From: Faecousia sp.
GTDB taxonomy: Bacteria > Bacillota > Clostridia > Oscillospirales > Oscillospiraceae
Length of the DNA: 64,000 nt
Direction: 5' to 3'
Assembly (NCBI GenBank): GCA_045635305.1
Contig: JAZRBW010000101.1
Coordinates: forward strand, 28,749 to 92,748
The notes under the pieces were generated by a model. It worked only from the letters and a program-made list of their open reading frames with translations. It was not told the origin of the DNA and did no database searches. Shown one piece after another: positions 61,939 through 64,000 of the stretch. Made by a program: the position numbers and the translations under genes. The number at the start of each line of letters is the position of its first letter. Within the stretch, counting starts at the first letter, position 1.

Positions 61939-63222
61939 ATGGAACAATTATTGGAACTTTATCAGCAAATGGGGATCTCCCCTGCTGTTTACGCATACGG
62001 TGAACAGGTGCTCGCCAAAATCGCTGACCGTTTTGCCGTCATCGACCGGATTGCCGAATACAACCAGGCTAAGGTGCTCTCCGCATTCCGCAAAAATCGG
62101 GTAGCAGCAACCTGCTTTGCCGCATCTACCGGTTACGGTTACAACGATGAGGGTCGCGATAAGCTGGAGCAAGTCTACGCAGATGCCTTCCATACGGAAG
62201 CTGCCCTGGTGCGTCCCCACATTACCTGTGGCACCCATGCGCTGACCATCGCATTGAGCGCCAATCTGCTGCCGGGTGACGAGCTTCTGAGCCCTGTGGG
62301 TCTGCCCTATGACACCCTGCAGGAGGTGATCGGCATTCGCCCTTCTCCCTGCTCCCTGGCAGAATACGGCGTTTCCTACCGCCAGGTGGATCTGCTCTCC
62401 GACGGCGGCTTTGATTACGAGGGTATCCGCGCCGCCATCAACGAGAAGACCAAGCTGATCACCATTCAGCGCTCCAAGGGCTATGCCACCCGTCCCACCT
62501 TCTCCGTCACCCAAATCGGCGAGTTGATCGCATTCTGCAAAGCCATCAAGCCTGATGTTTTGGTTATGGTCGACAATTGTTACGGTGAATTTGTCGAAAC
62601 GATCGAGCCTTCCGATGTGGGCGCGGATATGATCGTTGGCAGCCTGATCAAGAATCCCGGTGGTGGCCTGGCTTCCTCCGGCGGTTACATCGCAGGCACA
62701 CAAAAATGTGTGGACCGTTGTGCCTATCGTCTCAGTGCACCCGGCCTGGGACAGGAGGTTGGTGCCAATTTTGGTCTCATGACCGCTCTTTATCAGGGCT
62801 TCTTCCTGTCCCCTACTGTCACCGCCAGTGCGCTGAAGGGTGCCATCTTCGCGGCAAATCTTTATGAACCCCTGGGCTTCCATTGCGTACCCAATGCTAC
62901 TGAAAGCCGCCATGACATCATTCAGGCCGTGGAGCTGGGCAGTGAAAAGGCAATGATCGCCTTCTGTAAGGGTATCCAGGCTGCCGCCCCCGTGGACAGC
63001 TTTGCTGACCCGATCCCCGGTGATATGCCCGGCTATGACAGCCAGGTCATTATGGCCGCAGGCGCCTTTGTGCAGGGCAGCACCATGGAACTGAGTGCAG
63101 ACGGTCCCATCCGGGAGCCCTACGCCGTGTATTTTCAGGGCGGCCTGACCTGGCAGCACGCCAAGCTGGGCATCCTCATGAGCCTGCAAAAGATGGTGGA
63201 TGCAGGACTGGTAACGCTGTAA
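61939..63222 (+). CDS. YnbB-like PLP enzyme (methionine gamma-lyase / aluminium-resistance family)
   Basis: STGYGYND.GRD, GTHA, IQRSKGY, DNCYGEF, GSLIKNPGGG and SADGP motifs. Confidence 0.92.
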   Translation: MEQLLELYQQMGISPAVYAYGEQVLAKIADRFAVIDRIAEYNQAKVLSAFRKNRVAATCFAASTGYGYNDEGRDKLEQVYADAFHTEAALVRPHITCGTHALTIALSANLLPGDELLSPVGLPYDTLQEVIGIRPSPCSLAEYGVSYRQVDLLSDGGFDYEGIRAAINEKTKLITIQRSKGYATRPTFSVTQIGELIAFCKAIKPDVLVMVDNCYGEFVETIEPSDVGADMIVGSLIKNPGGGLASSGGYIAGTQKCVDRCAYRLSAPGLGQEVGANFGLMTALYQGFFLSPTVTASALKGAIFAANLYEPLGFHCVPNATESRHDIIQAVELGSEKAMIAFCKGIQAAAPVDSFADPIPGDMPGYDSQVIMAAGAFVQGSTMELSADGPIREPYAVYFQGGLTWQHAKLGILMSLQKMVDAGLVTL

Positions 63223-63230
63223 CAAAATAG

Positions 63231-63262
63231 AAAGAGAGGGCACTTGCCCTCTCTTATTTTTT
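63231..63262. terminator. Bidirectional terminator
   Basis: AAGAGAGGGCA/TGCCCTCTCTT stem. Confidence 0.8.
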
Positions 63263-63499
63263 GATTAGTTCCATTTTTTGCTTTCTTGTAAGCTGTTTAA
63301 TGGCATACTCCCGTTTCAGCGCGGCGGAGTAACTCTCGCATTCCTCAGTATACACAACCACTACCGGCCTGCGGCTGCGGGTATATTTGGCACCCTTTCC
63401 ACTGTTATGGACGTCCTGGCGGCGGGCTACATCATCCGTCGAGCCGGTATAGAGTGTGCCATCGTTGCAGCGCAGGATATATACATACCAATTCTTCAT
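63254..63499 (-). CDS. GIY-YIG nuclease family protein (YazA/UPF0213-like)
   Basis: YVYILRC.DGTLYTG.T...RR...HNSGKGAKYTR..ALKRE..IK motif. Confidence 0.92.
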   Translation of the reverse strand: MKNWYVYILRCNDGTLYTGSTDDVARRQDVHNSGKGAKYTRSRRPVVVVYTEECESYSAALKREYAIKQLTRKQKMELIKK

Positions 63500-63993
63500 C
63501 TTCGTCTGCGGAATTGTTTGCCCAGAACATTATCCAAAAGAATAAATGTAATATTGCCCAGAATCAGCATCACAGTAGTCATGACAAGACCAAGTTCCTC
63601 CCATTCAGCGGCCAGCTGCGCCATGCCGAACACATTCATCAGCAGCCAGTACATCACAAGGATAACGACATTAAAATACAGCAGCTTCCACAGCCACTTC
63701 AGCGGAAATTTTTCAAATTTGGGCTTCAAAATCGGATAATATCCCAGAAACACAAACACAGTAGCCGCTTCCTTATCGGGACTCATCAGTAAACCCAAAA
63801 TAGCAACGGCACCGTACCAGGCCCAGGCAATTCGGTCACCGCAGAGTTTTCGCACCATTTGCAAAATCAGGCAGCACATCATAGGACACACAAAGGTAGC
63901 ACTGGGAATTAGCCCGCCAAGGCTCATGATCACCACTGCAATGGCGGCCATAATACCCCCAAGGGCAACCTGTTTTGCTTTACTGTTTCGCAT
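63496..63993 (-). CDS. Conserved membrane hypothetical protein
   Basis: Multiple TM helices, PDKE..F..FLGYYPILK motif. Confidence 0.7.
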   Translation of the reverse strand: MRNSKAKQVALGGIMAAIAVVIMSLGGLIPSATFVCPMMCCLILQMVRKLCGDRIAWAWYGAVAILGLLMSPDKEAATVFVFLGYYPILKPKFEKFPLKWLWKLLYFNVVILVMYWLLMNVFGMAQLAAEWEELGLVMTTVMLILGNITFILLDNVLGKQFRRRR

Positions 63994-64000
63994 GGATGCA

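Noticed and set aside
61948-63243. 431-aa minus-strand ORF, and similar shadows over pfkA, mutS2 and the ATP-grasp gene
   Set aside because: Mirror frames of well-supported genes on the other strand.
63254-63499. GIY-YIG ORF as a homing endonuclease or mobile intron
   Set aside because: Matches the short stand-alone YazA/UPF0213 housekeeping type; no intron context.

Overview
A 64-kb chromosomal window from a spore-forming, probably gut-associated Clostridia/Oscillospiraceae-like Firmicute. The lineage is inferred from the cotJ, yqfCD, ylbJ and bile salt hydrolase genes and the SD/sigma-A signals. Contents in order: a tandem glycine riboswitch driving metV-metF-gcvT-H-PA-PB-lplA; a TetR/MMPL/GLUG surface-protein module; a Crp/Fnr-controlled Fe-S operon ending in a truncated Hcp; cotJ and an amidase; radA; two Xer-type tyrosine recombinases; an esterase-esterase-ATP-grasp operon; pfkA; two zinc-ribbon/Ig-repeat membrane proteins; the housekeeping run rsmD-coaD, uvrC, HPr, mutS2, recO, era, ybeY, phoH, yqfCD; transporters; bsh; tRNA-Ser(GGA); an orphan mazF; two tandem ECF sigma/membrane-partner cassettes; and conserved hypotheticals. 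I saw no CRISPR array, prophage, intact IS or rRNA. The best candidate for an undescribed system is a XerS/XerH-style module: a long XerC-like gene with a symmetric 12-6-12 dif-like site in its own 5' leader, near an apparent GC-skew and gene-orientation switch. A separate xerD 8 kb away has tandem XerD-arm-like half-sites upstream. Other notable items are duplicated ECF cassettes with a shared promoter but different sensor domains, glycine-inducible MetVF coupled to glycine cleavage, and terminators with a -35 box in the loop. All family calls come from recognising motifs by eye, with no database search.
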